In this document: in pieces, positions 24,901 to 38,408 of the stretch
Position numbering within the stretch: the stretch's first letter is position 1
Layout of the letters: each line of letters opens with the position of its first letter
DNA from: the human T2T-CHM13v2.0 reference genome, Homo sapiens
DNA length: 64,000 nt
Strand: one strand, 5' to 3'
Assembly (NCBI RefSeq): GCF_009914755.1
Contig: NC_060936.1
Translations under genes and position numbers: made by a program
The notes under the pieces: generated by a model
The model's database searches: none
Told to the model about the DNA's origin: nothing
The model's input: the letters and a program-made list of their open reading frames with translations, nothing else

Positions 24901-27606
24901 CTGGCCAGCCGCCCCGTCCGGGAGGGTGGTGGGGGGGTCAGCCCCCCACCCGGCCAGCCACCCCATCCGGGAGGTGAGGGGCGCTTCTGCCCGGCCGCCC
25001 CTACTGGGAAGTGAGGAGCCCCTCTGCCCGGCCACGACCCCGTCTGGGAGGTGTGCCCAGCGGCTCATTGGGGATGGGCCATGATGACAATGGCGGTTTT
25101 GTGGAATAGAAAGGCGGGAAGGGTGGGGAAAAAATTGAGAAATCGGATGGTTGCCGGGTCTCTGTGGATAGAAGTAGACATGGGAGACTTTTCATTTTGT
25201 TCTGTACTAAGAAAAATTCTTCTGCCTTGGGATCCTGTTGATCTGTGACCTTATCCCCAACCCTGTGCTCTCTGAAACATGTGCTGTGTCCACTCAGGGT
25301 TAAATGGATTAAGGGCGGTGCAAGATGTGCTTTGTTAAACAGATGCTTGAAGGCAGCATGCTCGTTAAGAGTCATCACCACTCCCTAATCTTAAGTACCC
25401 AGGGACACAAACACTGCAGAAGGCCAAGGCCGCAGGGTCCTCTGCCTAGGAAAACCAGAGACCTTTGTTCACTTGTTTATCTGCTGACCTTCCCTCCACT
25501 ATTGTCCTATGACCCTGCCAAATCCCCCTCTGCGAGAAACACCCAAGAATGATCAATAAAAAAAAAATAAATAAATTAAAAAAAAAAAAAATCAGATCAG
25601 AGATATTTAGTAAATAATATATATATAATAAAGATATAAACAAATAAAGATAAAAATAAATGAAATACACTAGACAGACAATAGAAAAAATCAATAAAAC
25701 TATGAGTTAGTTTTTTGAAAAGATAAACAAAATCAACAAATCTTTAGCCAGACTAAGAAAAAAAGAGAAGACTCAAATATGTAAAATCAGAACTAAAAGT
25801 GGAGCCATTACAACTGATACCACAAGAATACAATGGATCATAAGAGTCTAGTATGAGCAATTATGTGCTTATAAATTGGATAACCTAGAATAAATTGGTT
25901 AATTCCTAGAAACATACAAACTCCAAGACTGAATAAAGGAGAAACAGAAAATCTGAACAGATGAATAAGTAAGAAAATTGCATCAAAAATGTAAAATCTT
26001 GCATCTAAGAAAAGCCCAGGACCTGATGTCTTTACTGTTGAATTCTGACATTTAAAGAGGAACTAATACCAATCCTTCTCAAGCTCTTCCAAAAAATTAA
26101 AGAGAGGACACATCCAAAGTCATTTTATGAAGCCAGCATTACCTTAATACCAATGCCACACAAGGGCATGACAACAAAAGAAAATTACAGGCCAGTATCT
26201 ATGATGAACAAAATACTAGCAAATCAAATTCAACAGCACATTCAAAGGATCATTCACTATTATCAAGTGGGATTTATCCCTGGGATGCAAGGATGGTTCA
26301 ATATATGCAGATAAATAAATGTGATATTCAATATTAACAGAATGAAGGACAGAAAATATATGATTACCTCATTACATACATAAAAAGCATTTGACAAAAT
26401 TTAACATTCTTTCATGACAAAAACCCTTAACAAATTAGGAATGGAATAAATGTACCTCAATATAATAAAGGCTATATATGATAAGCCCATAGCTAACATT
26501 ATGCTCAACAATGAAATATTGTAACCTTTTCCTTTAAGATCTGGAATAGACAAGGATGCCCACTCGCACTACATCTATTCAACATAGTATTGGAAGGCAT
26601 TGCCAGAGAAATTAGGCAAAAGAAAGAAATTAAAGGCATCCAAATGGAAAAAACAAAGATGCAAAATTGTCTTTGTTTGCTGACAACATGATCTTACATA
26701 CAGAAAATCCTAAAGATGCCACCAAAAAAAATAATAATAATGGTTAGAACTAATAGACAAATGCAGTAAAGTTTCAGGATACAAAATCAACAAACAAAGT
26801 AAATAATGTTTCTTTACACTAACAACAAGCTATCTGAAGAAGAAATTAAGAAATCAAGGAATCAATCCCATTCACAGTAGCATAAAAAACCTAAAATAAA
26901 ATGCTTAGGATTAAATTTAACCAAGAAGGTGGAAGATCTCTATACTAAAAACTATATAACATTGATGAATGAAATTGTAGATGACATGAATAAATGGAAA
27001 AGTTTTGTGTTCATGGATTAAAAGAGTTAATATTGTTAAATGTCTATACTAACTCAAAGCATCTACAGATTTAATCCAATTCCTATTGAAATTCCAATGT
27101 CATTTTTCACAGAAATAAAAAAAATTGTGACAACATGGATAAACCTGAGGATATTATGCCAAGTAAAATAAACCAGGCACAGAAACACAAATACTGTATG
27201 ATCTCACTCACAGTATTAATTAGTATTAGTTAAACTAATAAAAGTGGGGAGTAGAATGGTGGTTACCAGGTGGTGTGGGAGGTGTGGATGGGAAGAGGAA
27301 GATATTGATCAAAGGGTTCAAAATTTCACTTAGACAGGAGGAATAAGCTTTAGTGATCATTTGCACAGAATGGTGACTACAATAAATAATAATGCATTCT
27401 ATATTCCAAAGTTGCTGAAAGAGTAGATCTTAAATGTTTTCACAACAAAAAATAGGTATGTGAGGTTACATATTTGTTACTTAACTTGATTTATACATTC
27501 CACAATGTAAACATATGTAAAAACATCATATTTTACATCATTAATATATAATACATAAAATTGTTATTTTTCAGTTAAAATACATTTTAAAAACTAAAAA
27601 TAAAAA
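18912..27606 (+). mobile_element. Degenerate full-span L1MA-type LINE-1 (5' UTR, dead ORF1 ~20.55-21.4 kb, dead ORF2 from ~21.9 kb, internal deletion at ~27125, 3' UTR)
   Basis: 5' end CAGCAAGATGGTGGAATAGGAG; ORF2 motifs such as GGGATGCAAGGATGGTTCAA and AAAGCATTTGACAAAAT; L1MA-type 3' UTR; residual TSD ATTAATAA at 18904-18911 and 27607-27614; many stops and frameshifts. Confidence 0.9.
22930..25586 (+). mobile_element. Full-length SVA retrotransposon, probably SVA_E
   Basis: (CCCTCT)n 22930-22996; Alu-like domain ~23000-23370; GC-rich VNTR ~23370-25050; SINE-R ~25050-25560 with CAGCGGCTCATTGGGGATGGGCC (E-type as recalled); AATAAA and A tail; TSD AAAAATCAG at 22921-22929 and 25587-25595. Confidence 0.97.
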
Positions 27607-27862
27607 ATTAATAATAGTGCCTAGTTTATAGGGTTGTTGTGAGAATTAAATGAGATAGATTGTGGAAGGAACTTAAAAATGATGCTAGGTACATAGCAAG
27701 TGCTCGATAAATGATAACTGTATAATAAATTCATTTGTTACCTAACTGAATATTATGGCATAACAAAAGCCTGTACAAATGAGAAACTAGTATCTTTTAC
27801 AGACATAGACATGTTCATGTCTGCATTTTAAAGTCAATCAAACAAACAAAAAACCCAGAGCT

Positions 27863-28172
27863 GGCCGGGCACGGTGGCTCACGCCTGCAGTCCTAGCACT
27901 TTGGGAGGCCGAGGCGGGTGGATCACGAGGTCAGGAGATCGAGACCATCCTGGCTAACACGATGAAACCCCGTCTCTACTAAAAATACAAAAAATTAGCC
28001 GGGTGTGGAGGCGGGCGCCTGTGGTACCAGCTGCTCGGGAGGCTGAGGCAGGAGAAAGGCATGAACCCAGGAGACAGAGCTTTCAGTGAGCGGAGATCGC
28101 GCCACTGCACTCCAGCCTGGGCGACAGAGCGAGACTCCGTCTCAAAACACACACACACACACACACACACAC
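27863..28172 (+). mobile_element. AluY with (AC)n tail
   Basis: GGATCACGAGGTCAGGAGATCGAGACCATCCTGGCTAACAC; tail is (AC)n 28147-28172; TSD CCCAGAG(C/T)T. Confidence 0.95.
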
Positions 28173-31100
28173 CCCCAGAGTTACAACTTCAAAGTTATGT
28201 TTGTAAGAAGTGAAATGTCTACAGGTGTGGCAGAGGAAAATTTATTCTGAGATTGGCAGAAAAGTTAAGTAAACCTAGCTGTCCTAGATAACATGCTGAT
28301 GGTTTCTTATTGACAAAATGTGGTAATGCAGCAAATTTGAGTGGTTTTATTGCTTTTTAGAGTAAATTAGTTTAAAGTATATTTCAAAATTTGAATTAGA
28401 AGCTTACAGAACTTTGCAGAGTTCTTGAATAATTTGGAGATTAAAGATTATGGTCAAAACTATTGTTCTAGATGAGAATAAGCTTTCAATCAAGTGTCTT
28501 TGTTTAACTTTGGGCTTTCAGTAGCATGTGTGTGCATATTATGTGTATTTGGTCATAATTATTTCTGGGTAAGATTGTTTGGCTCATAGTGCTCTTAATG
28601 GCACTATATTGTTTGCAGGGGCAGTTACTGAAGGCCAAGCATTGCCTTTAAGGTACTGAAGACAGAAAGAAAGAAGTCTTGAGATGACTGATTTAATCTA
28701 CTGAGGCTGGTGATAGCCTTGCATTCCTGGTGATAGAGGTTGAGGTAGCAGGAAGCATTGGAATAGTACATCTTCCCTGCAGATCTATTTATTTGGCATG
28801 GGCTGAAGATAAAGGGATCCTATTAAGAATTATGGTTGGTTAGCCCAGGATTTGAACTAATAGTCTTGGCACTAAATAATCCTTAGAAGTAAGAGGATAG
28901 ACTAATCTACCTAAAATCAAAATGGAGCTTTCCACATTAATGAAACCTAATTTATAAAAATCAGTTAAAAATTTTGCCTACAAATTTATATTATAAAACC
29001 CAAAGTTATTTAAGAGAAGTATAGACATTGCTTCTGGATGAGTTATTAGAAAACATACGCAATGCATTGTCAATTAAGAGTTAAAATTTGAAGCTATTTT
29101 ATTTTAAATTAATACAACCAATTATTAAACTCAAAGCATTGTCTTCATTTTGCATTGTAGCATGTGGGTTAGAGAACAAACATAACCATAGGTAGTTAAA
29201 GCTATAGGTACTTTTTATTTTCAGAGTAAAAGAAAATAGTTTTTAAAATAAGATATATACATACATATGCATTATATAAATAAAATGCTTACTGACTATG
29301 TGTGAAAAGATGGAGCACTTGTTTAATAAGACTGAAAATGCACAATGGGTGATGTAAAATGCATATAAAATTAAACCAAGCAGGTACATTAATCACTGCC
29401 ACCAGGACAAATGGATTCAAGCAGCAAACATTTATTTAAATAACCTACGGCAGGATGGAGGAGAATAGCAGAAGATAAAAAGCACTAGAAAAATTTTATA
29501 GGTTTTTCACTCACCAAATACCTCAGGGGTTAACGGAGAAAAAATAGGAAATGACCAGACTTATTTGGCCTTTTCTTTTTTGACAGAGATGGAGAAAAGG
29601 TGATAGTGGGTGGCCATCTTCTTAATGACCTAATTGTAAACCCATTTGTTTTAGATGGCTAATCTGTTTTTATTGTGTCAGTATAGATGACTTGGATAAT
29701 TGCTGGCCCTGTGGCTCTGAAGCGATCAGATGGCACATTATAAATTGGAAAGTAGCCAGGTCTTGCCCAATATAGAGCTGGTTAAAACCTTTGATGACAC
29801 AAGTGTCTAATAAATAAAATACACCTCATCAGTTAAAGCTTAGCTTGATAATTACACTGGAGAGCAGTTTGTTTCATGTCTGAAATCCTACAAGCTCTTA
29901 GATACTCAGAGTTGACTCAAACTCAAGAACATATTCCACTAAGTGTGGGTAAAGTCTAGTTAGTCCTTCACATTCAAAGCATCACCGTTTAAAGTGACTT
30001 AACAAAACAGCCTGTAGCCTGCCTGTTATCTGAGAATTATCAGAAAAATGTGGCTTTGATAAATTAAGTGTAAATGAGTCATAAATGCATCATAAATTGT
30101 GAGATAGTTTTCTCTTAGACGACATACGGATACCAAAATTGAAAATGAAAAAAGAAATTTGGCAATTGTTCCTGTCTTAAGGTTTCTAAAATAGTTTTAT
30201 GAGTCTGTGTGTACCTCTCCATCTCTCTCTTTTTATAAGACCTGCATAAACTAAGTGTTATGATGTTCTAGTAGGACTGTAAAATGACAGATACCCTATT
30301 TAAATCATTATTAAAGAAGAAAACAATGAATTATCAGTTTTCATCTTCCTTAAATAGCATATAAAATTCTCAGAAGTTAATTCCCTCCTCCTCTGTAAGC
30401 TCTTTACATTGTTCCTGAATGGGATTGTTAAAGTGAGAAAAAAAAACCCTAAAAGTGAAATATGAATTATATTAGTATGGATGGTGCCTCTCACAACCAC
30501 AGGCATGTTTACTTGGTGCTTTTATATTTAGGTTGACCTCTCAAATCCTGATGTTTATTGTCTATTGAGAAAGAATTCCTGAACAGGTAGGGATTTCCTG
30601 GGGAAAGAGACAGCAAGATTGGTGGTCAATAGTTTTTGACTCTTCTTCCGATAAGCATGTAACCTCAGCAATCTATAGTGTCTTTAGGGGTTTCACTTCA
30701 TGTAGTTATCTACAAAACCCTGCTGACTCACTGTTTGATATTACTGGGCTCTCACATAGTTGCTTCACCAGCACATACAGGGGTCTGGGTGAAGTTGGAA
30801 GCAGCAGAATGTATACTTCTGAAGTGCATTATTCACCTTGTGGTCTCATTTGTCCCATGCACATTCCATACCTAGGATTGCTTATCTCACCAGGACCTCA
30901 AAAATGAGATGCATGGATCCATAACAGATTCCTGCTGTGTTATGCCAGTTGGTCCTCAGGGCTACATGACCATCATACATGCCTCATGCCACTGTTAGAA
31001 ACTGTGAGTGACATTTTGCTAAAGCCTTAATCCCACCTCCACTACCTGACTCTTAGTAGATTAATCTCCTTTCTATTTACAGCTTTTTCAGTTGTGGTCC

Positions 31101-32920
31101 TTCAAAGCGTTCCTTTGTATCTTCTCACTTTCTCCTTTCCTCCCCTCATCTACTTTTTCTTCCCCATATCCTCATATTATTTACTCCATCACTGTTATCT
31201 TCCTTCTATCTGTTTTTAGTGTTTCTATCTGTTTATTGGAGCTTTTTAAAGCTCCAATAGGAGGAGCTTTGTGAATATTACTTAGATAGGGGGCTTTTGG
31301 AGAAAGGGACCAAGTATATCTTTTTGCCAACCTCTAAGAGTTCTGTGACCTATCACTTGGCCCGTATAGCTTTAGTATTGGGCTCCCTTAGTCTCAGAAG
31401 ACCTCATCAACTCAACAAAGCCTAACTACATAACTATATATTCTTTTAAGTAAAGTATTTCAGAAGCAAAAAAAAAAAAATCTTCATATTACTATGGAAA
31501 CATAGAGATCTGCTCCCCTGTTCCATAGTGACAGAATGAAGAATAATAATGCCACGTCAACAATAAAGGGATTTTCATTGGCAAGAAAATAAGTAGCAAC
31601 AGGAGTTGTACTAAGGGAGAGCACATTTTGACAGGTCAAGGACATTTCAAGGGAGAATCACAGAAACATGAGGACTGCTGAGAGGCCTGAGAGCTTCTAC
31701 CTGGCTGCAACTTCTATTGCAGGGACAGTGACTGATGTTTGTAACCTGTCTATGGTACATCTTCTCAGTAAGGCAAGGCCCTGAGTGAAAAGCTCTGAAG
31801 TCTTATTTAGGTGGTTTCATGTTTAGATTGACTTCCTGAGTCCTGGCATTTACTGTCTATCAGTGGAGAATTCCTGAACAGATAAGGACTGTCTAGAGGA
31901 AGAGAGCAAGATTGGTGGCCAGTGGTTCTTGACTCCTCTTCTGATGTTTTCTACATCCCATAAGCCAACAGTTCTCTTAAATTCTATTTCTACCAGCCCT
32001 TCCTGTTTAGCCTCATGGAATTTCCTCCTGCCTGATCCCCTAGGCTGGAGTCTCTCCATTATGTTGAATGCACACCAGTCACCAGTTGGTGTTCTTTAAT
32101 TGGTGGGTCACATCTATCTACAGATATTGGAGTCCTCAGGCAACTTGGCCTCATTCTACATTTTCTATTAATACTTTGGTGTATAGTGCTTCACTATTCG
32201 AACAGTCTGCTCTGGAAAATGAGAAATTTTTAACTTTGCATATATGTACACAACATGAAACTGAGAAACTTGAAAATAAGAAATATATTTATCATTTTTT
32301 CAGCATTATATTGACATCTTTACTATTCATCCTTTGCAAGTGCATTGCAATTTTTTGTTGACAATATACAGAAAACTTCTCTTTTTATTAAGTTAATCAA
32401 TTAGAGCTATGGGAAATGGATTGTCCCACTCCTCCCTAACCTGCGTGAACGAGGAGAATCAAGCATTCTTAACACTAGGCACTTAAGTGAGGAAAAGAGG
32501 ACTTTTGCTTGGGTGTGATGGGCAAAGGAGAAGAATATGATACCATCCTGCCAACTTGTAGTTATCTCCCCCGCCTAGCTGAACAAACTGGATGCCTTCA
32601 AGGTTAAGGCATTTCCTTTTGGGAAAGACACGGTTGACTATGGAAAAGAACTAATGACTCTTCTTGATAATGATTTGAATGTGACTAGGTATGGTTCTTT
32701 GGTTGCTCATTTGAAGGGTGGAACTAAATTGAGCCTCACAGCATTTGCTGCACAAATAAGATGTATACTGCAGCAATTATACTCCTTGTCAGGGGCTTTG
32801 CCCTTTTTTTCTTCCCAACCCTACTTCTCACTAAACTACTGCCCTCACTATTGCACCAGAACCTGGAGTTTAAATCTCGCTGGCTTAATTATTATTTAAT
32901 CAACTATTCTGTCTGCTTAT

Positions 32921-33303
32921 TGTGATCGACTTTATAAATATTTAGTGCCCCTCCATGCAGAAGAATGAACTCAGGCTGCCATGTGGCTTGTTTTGGTCAA
33001 TGAATTGTGAGAAGCAGGGGCATGTGTCAGTTCCAGGCAGAAGCTTCATGAGACAGCATGGGGCTTGTCATATTCTGTCTTCCCTGATTCTTCAATCATG
33101 GAAGCCCATGTCAAGGTAGAGCCTTCATCAGCCCAAATTCCTGAATGACTACCATGAACACGGCCCTTTTGTCAAATACAATGCACATACAGCATGGACA
33201 AAAACAAACAACAAAAAAAACTTTGTTGTTTTTAAGCTTCTGAGATTTAGGAATTGTTGCTGTAGGATAACTTATCCTTAACTTAGCCCAATCTGTTTGA
33301 TAC
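32921..33303 (+). mobile_element. MLT1 (I/J-like) MaLR LTR
   Basis: CCATGTGGCTTGTTTTGGTCAATGAA..TTCCAGGCAGAAGCTT..AAACTTTGTTG..TTTAAGC..CTGAGATTT. Confidence 0.7.
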
Positions 33304-33974
33304 AATTATGGAGCAAAGATTAGAAATTGCAAAAGCCAAAATTTTTGTATTTTAATCTCAGTGATAAGTATAGTGTTAGGTCTAATTAATATACTCAGAA
33401 CAATACATTTAAAAGATAAAAACATATTCAATATAATATTTACTTCTTCTAAAGTAGGATATTCATAAACCATATTCTTTAGGAGATTCCCATAAACAAT
33501 AAGTATGCTTCTGTTCTTTCCTTTTTTGAGGTGAGATAATTGTAAAAAAATGCTTTAAGAAAGCTCAGCAACATTCCTTTACCAGCTCCTTAAGAAATGA
33601 GTCCATATCATATTGTATTGCTGTATTCCCAGTGCAGTTCCTGACATGTAATAGAAAATTAATAAATGTACATTCAGTTAATGAATCATTATAGCAAAGA
33701 TACAACTCTTTACCCATAGCAGGTGCTAAATAAATATTTGCTGAATTTAATTGAACTGCATTAACTGTAATTCTAAAATCCGTTGAAAATTTATCTTGTA
33801 CTTCTGCCATCAGTCCAGCTCATATCAGATTATCCTTTTCTTCTCCATCAAAATTTATAAATGCATTATTCAGTATTTATACATATTTGTATGTTATCTG
33901 TTGAAAATTATTAAAATGAAGTTTATTAAAATTAACTGCAATTCCATATTATTTAAACCTACCTCATTTCTAAG

Positions 33975-34330
33975 TGGTGTAGCAAAGGTTCTCAAATTTT
34001 TTAGTGGTTATTTCTCACCTGGGGAACTTTATATAATTGCATATTCCTGGATCTGGTACTCAGAAATTATGATTTCATAGGTCTTAGCTGAATCTGAATT
34101 TTTAACCAGAGCCCCCAGGTGATCCCATGCAGGTTATCTCTATACCATTTTGCAAAATATTCTACAAGAGCAGTGTTTAAGAAACTTTAATGTGCACCCT
34201 GATGACCTGAGGACCTTTTTAAAATGCAGATTCTCATCAGGTAGTTCCAAGGCTAGGCCTGAGAATCCGCATTTCAACAAGCTTTCTGTTGATGCTGGTA
34301 CGGTAGATCCTCAGACCACATTTTGGGCAG
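33975..34330. mobile_element. Two adjacent MER5-type DNA transposon relics
   Basis: GGTTCTCAAATT..TCACCTGGGGAACTT..CCCCAGGTGATCCCATGCAG; then AAAATGCAGATTCT..GGCCTGAGAATCCGCATTTCAACAAGC. Confidence 0.65.
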
Positions 34331-35550
34331 TAAGGAAATAAAGAGAAATATACTTCATGTTTTCCTAAGTTTGTGGATAGAGACTTATACCTGCTACTTA
34401 ATGATTTTGGTTTTTTGTACATGTTAGTTAACTCCTAAACTAGATGTCACACTGCCTGAGGCCGGGAGGCAGACAAATTATACTTTTTCTCTATCCCCCC
34501 ATAGCTCCCACCTAAATGCCCAGCACCTTCCTAGCAGGCACTCAATAAGTGTTGTTGATTGACTGATGAAACTACTGGAGAACAGCTGTAGAGCAACATG
34601 AAGTACATAATTATATGCAGTAAAATATCATTTTTGCAGAATGGGTTTGGATCAATGTCAAAATGAATTTTCAGGAAACATGAAATTGACAACATACATT
34701 AAAAATTTTTTAAATATACCTTATATTCAATTAACTATTGTGATGAAACATGCCAATAAATCTCTATTTTCCCCCTTTATGAATACGGTCACAGAAACTC
34801 AATACGAAGTTATAATTAAAAGTATGCTGGGACTTTCATGTCACTGGAAATTGGTGTTTTTGTTACAATAGTGTGGTATAAAAACTAGAAACTCATTATG
34901 GTATAAACAGTATATGCCTGATGAGGGCATACAGTATAAGAAAGTGATCTTAGTTGTAGATCCTAGCCTTAGACATAATTTAGTCGAGATGAGAAATAAT
35001 CCTGGAGAAATGAAACAAAATAGGTTTCATATTCTTGTAGCTAAGCTGTGCACTTTGCAGCTCAGGAGGGTGCTTCTAGACCATACACTCATTCATTCTC
35101 TCAGGGACATTTATTTGCACACTTGCTATGCTGGTGCTGTGTCAGTGATATATGCTGCCATCTCTGAGCCAACAGTCTAGTGCAAGATACAAGGGGACCG
35201 GCAATTAGAATACTGTTCACAATAGCTGACATAGGAGAGATACAGGCTTACTGAGGAGGGACCTGAAGCATCAGGAAAGGTTCCAGGAGGATGTGACATC
35301 CAAACTGAAATCTGAAATGGATTACACAGAATCCATTTCACCCAAGTTCACGGTTGGGGAACCTTTGTACCTAGGTGATAACATTCAGGCAGCTCTTACA
35401 TTCTTGATATTTATGGATGGGTCTATCTCCCCAATTAGACAGCGACCTCCTATAAAGCAGGATTGTGTCTACTTCAACTTGATATTAATCATAGAGCATG
35501 ACATATACCAATAACAAATTGAATAAAGAACTTTGCTTAAAATGAAGGTT

Positions 35551-35866
35551 ATTTTTGTTGTTGTTGTTGTTGTTGTTGTTTTGAGATGGAGTCTTGCTCT
35601 GTCATCCAGGCTGGAGTGCAGTGGCGTGATCTCAGTTCACTGCAACATTCGCCTCTTGGGTTCAAGTGATTCTCCTGTCTCAGCCTCCTGAGTAACTGGG
35701 ACTACAGGCATGTGCCACCAGGCCTAGCACTTTTTTTGATATTTTTAGTAGAGATAAAGTCTCACCATATTGGCCAGGCTGGTCTCAAACTCCTGACCTC
35801 AAATGATTCACCCTCCTGGGCCTCCCAAAGTGCTGTGATTACAGGTGTAAGCCACCCTGCCTAGCC
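35551..35866 (-). mobile_element. AluSx-like SINE with (TTG)n tail
   Basis: TSD AAAATGAAGGTT at 35539-35550 and 35867-35878. Confidence 0.95.
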
Positions 35867-36184
35867 AAAATGAAGGTTTTTTAGCAAAGGGACACTATCT
35901 CCCATTACATCTATGTGGGTAAAGAGAAAATAAGACTGGGGTTAGAAAACAGTAACAGGTTTTTCCTATAGCTACAGGATGAAAAAATGTTGTTTAAGCC
36001 ATTCTCTCTTGGGGGTGGCGGGGGTCGGGGGTGGAGACTCATACTTGAGTCTGTGTAAACAATCTAAAGTAATTATGGTACAGCCAACCCAAAACAATGT
36101 CACACCCATCCTGCAAATCTAACTCAATTTCTCCTTTTGTCTGGGCTAGCAGGAAATTAACCAGACAAGTAGCTGGGATTTGTT

Positions 36185-36390
36185 ATAATAATACTTAGCA
36201 TTTATATAGTTCTATCTGGTTTCAATGGACTTTATACACATTAATTACTTAATCACAAAAGCCATTGTGACATGGGGAAACAAATACAGTTATTCCCATT
36301 TCACAGATAAAGGAATTGAAAATGCAAAGAGTGGCTTGCTACAGATTGGTCTGCCAGTTAGCAGTAAACTCAGGATTAACTCCCAGAGGG
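36185..36390 (-). mobile_element. MIR
   Basis: TTAGCATTTATATAG..TTATTCCCATTTCACAGATAAAGGAATTGA. Confidence 0.6.
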
Positions 36391-38408
36391 CCAGTACACA
36401 GTTCCTTAGCCCAAACTGCCTCAAGGCAAAAACTCGTCCTGTAGTCCTAACAGAGAAAGGGTTCTGCATTACCATAAGAGAAAGCAAATAAAGTAGCCCA
36501 AATCGTTCCCTTGTTTCTCCTTTTCCCCTCTGAACACAGAAACAACTCCATGGATCCTTGAGACAATATATTAACCTTGGTGCTGGATCCTGTGCACAAG
36601 TAACCTGTTCCCCAAGTATAAATAAACTTCTTTTTGCAGGTGCCTTCATTTCTTGAGGACACCAGGGTACAATTTCGCAGATTCTTGCTTCTGAGCTCTA
36701 AATAGTACCCTTGTGGCTTAGAAACTTGCCCACTGATAGGATCTTGCCCCAGGGATTATTTCTGTAACCAGTGGGACCCCTGGGTGTTGGAAACTAGAAG
36801 TTGCCCCTTCGCCCCTTTTAGGTCATTTGTTAACTGGGAATCGCCTGCTCTATGATGTAGTGTTTGTTTCATAGTGGGCTTTGGGAGAAAAGCTCATTCT
36901 GGGCTCAGCTTACTGGCAAGCTTGGAGCAACTAGTTGGATACATTGGTATATATCACATATACAGCTACAGCTTTCAAATGCCTGGAAAACAACCAGGAG
37001 TTAAAAAGGCACTCCCAAATGGTGAGTTGCAAAAAGATGTACATTATAGATACCTGATAGGCAAGCTGGAAATATTAACTGCACTTTAGCCTCTTTAAGC
37101 CCTGGAGTATGGCCTAATTAAGCTTAGAGAACACACAGAGTTGTAGCCAGGCACTTTTCTTGGTGTTCTTGGGCACTGCTAATTGAATACTTAACATTTT
37201 CTATCCCCTTGGGTCATGGGAAGTCATCAGGAAATTCCCAGAAATTCACTAGACCACTTTAATTATTCTGGATAGAAAGCTATTAAAATATTTCTGAAGT
37301 ATTTTCTTTTTGGTTATTTATTATGAGATTTCCTTACCTACAAATACTTTTCTATTAGAAGCACTTTCTCAGAATCTTCCCCCACCCTCACCATTTCATA
37401 GCTCCACTGTTTTCTTCAAGCCCCTTTTGCCTCTAATTTGGAAAGACAGTTGGGAATGAGAAAAATGTCAGAAGCAAGATTAGGCTGAGAAGTGGGCCCA
37501 ACCCCTGAAGGACACGGCACAGAAGAAATTTTGGCAAAGAAATGAAAATATCCCTGCCTCCTTGGAATAGATGAGAATATTAAAAGCTACCATTTATTGG
37601 GTATCAGGCATTTTTATGTCTTTACACACATTATCTTATTTAATTATACCCATCATTCAAAAAGGAGAAGACAAAATAGAGAATTTTGCATTTTTTCAAA
37701 ATAGATGTCTTCCATAAATGAAAAATATGCAACTGTCTGGCTAGAACACATAGCATTCTAGCGTTGGAAAGAACCTTAGAAATCATGCAGTCTAACCCCC
37801 CGTCATTTCAAATATGGGGAGATGGAGGCTTAGAAAGGTCATAATGTCGGTGGAAAGCTAAGATCACATTTTCTCAATCCCAGTCCAGATAGTGGAGTGG
37901 AAAAAAACAATGGACTTGGATTCAGTATGCTGAGTACTTTTCTAGTTTTGCTATCTGCCAGTGCTGAGGGAAATTGCTCAACCTTGCAAGGCTGTCCCTG
38001 TGCAGGAAGGGATTAAACTACATGCTTTCTGAAGTCACCTGCAGCTCTGAAGACTTTATACTATCTCTACTATACTGCCTCTGATAATAGCAATCATTAT
38101 GCTTAAAATTATAACGAAAACTAGAAAAACAATGGATTATGCACCTACCTGCACAAGTTTTTGCTTTCTCCAACCCCACCAATGCTTTCAAATTCTTACT
38201 CGCAATGAAAGTCCTATTTAAAAAAAAGATTATGCATAAAACATGTTATCCCAGAAGTTAAAACTACAGAATTCTCATAAAAAATGGTCGTGTATCTTTG
38301 ATGTACAGCTCGTGTAAAATAAAAAGTTTTAAAGTATGGGAAACTGATTTTTGGCTTTAATAATAAATACCAAGAATTCTTGGTGAAATAGGAAACTCTA
38401 GTTCCGAA

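Noticed and set aside
23370-25050. Regular ~40-bp repeats superficially like a CRISPR array
   Set aside because: SVA VNTR units with no unique spacers and no cas genes; human DNA
23052-25552. Many 70-183 aa Pro/Gly/Arg-rich ORFs on both strands
   Set aside because: They result from the stop-poor, GC-rich SVA Alu-like, VNTR and SINE-R sequence; not genes
25596-25660. AT-rich stretch after the SVA tail as a possible 3' transduction
   Set aside because: The TSD copy directly follows the tail, and the stretch resembles slippage copies of the host L1 motif AATAAAGAT
20540-27125. L1 ORF1/ORF2 as functional CDS
   Set aside because: Numerous stops and frameshifts, an SVA insertion and an internal deletion
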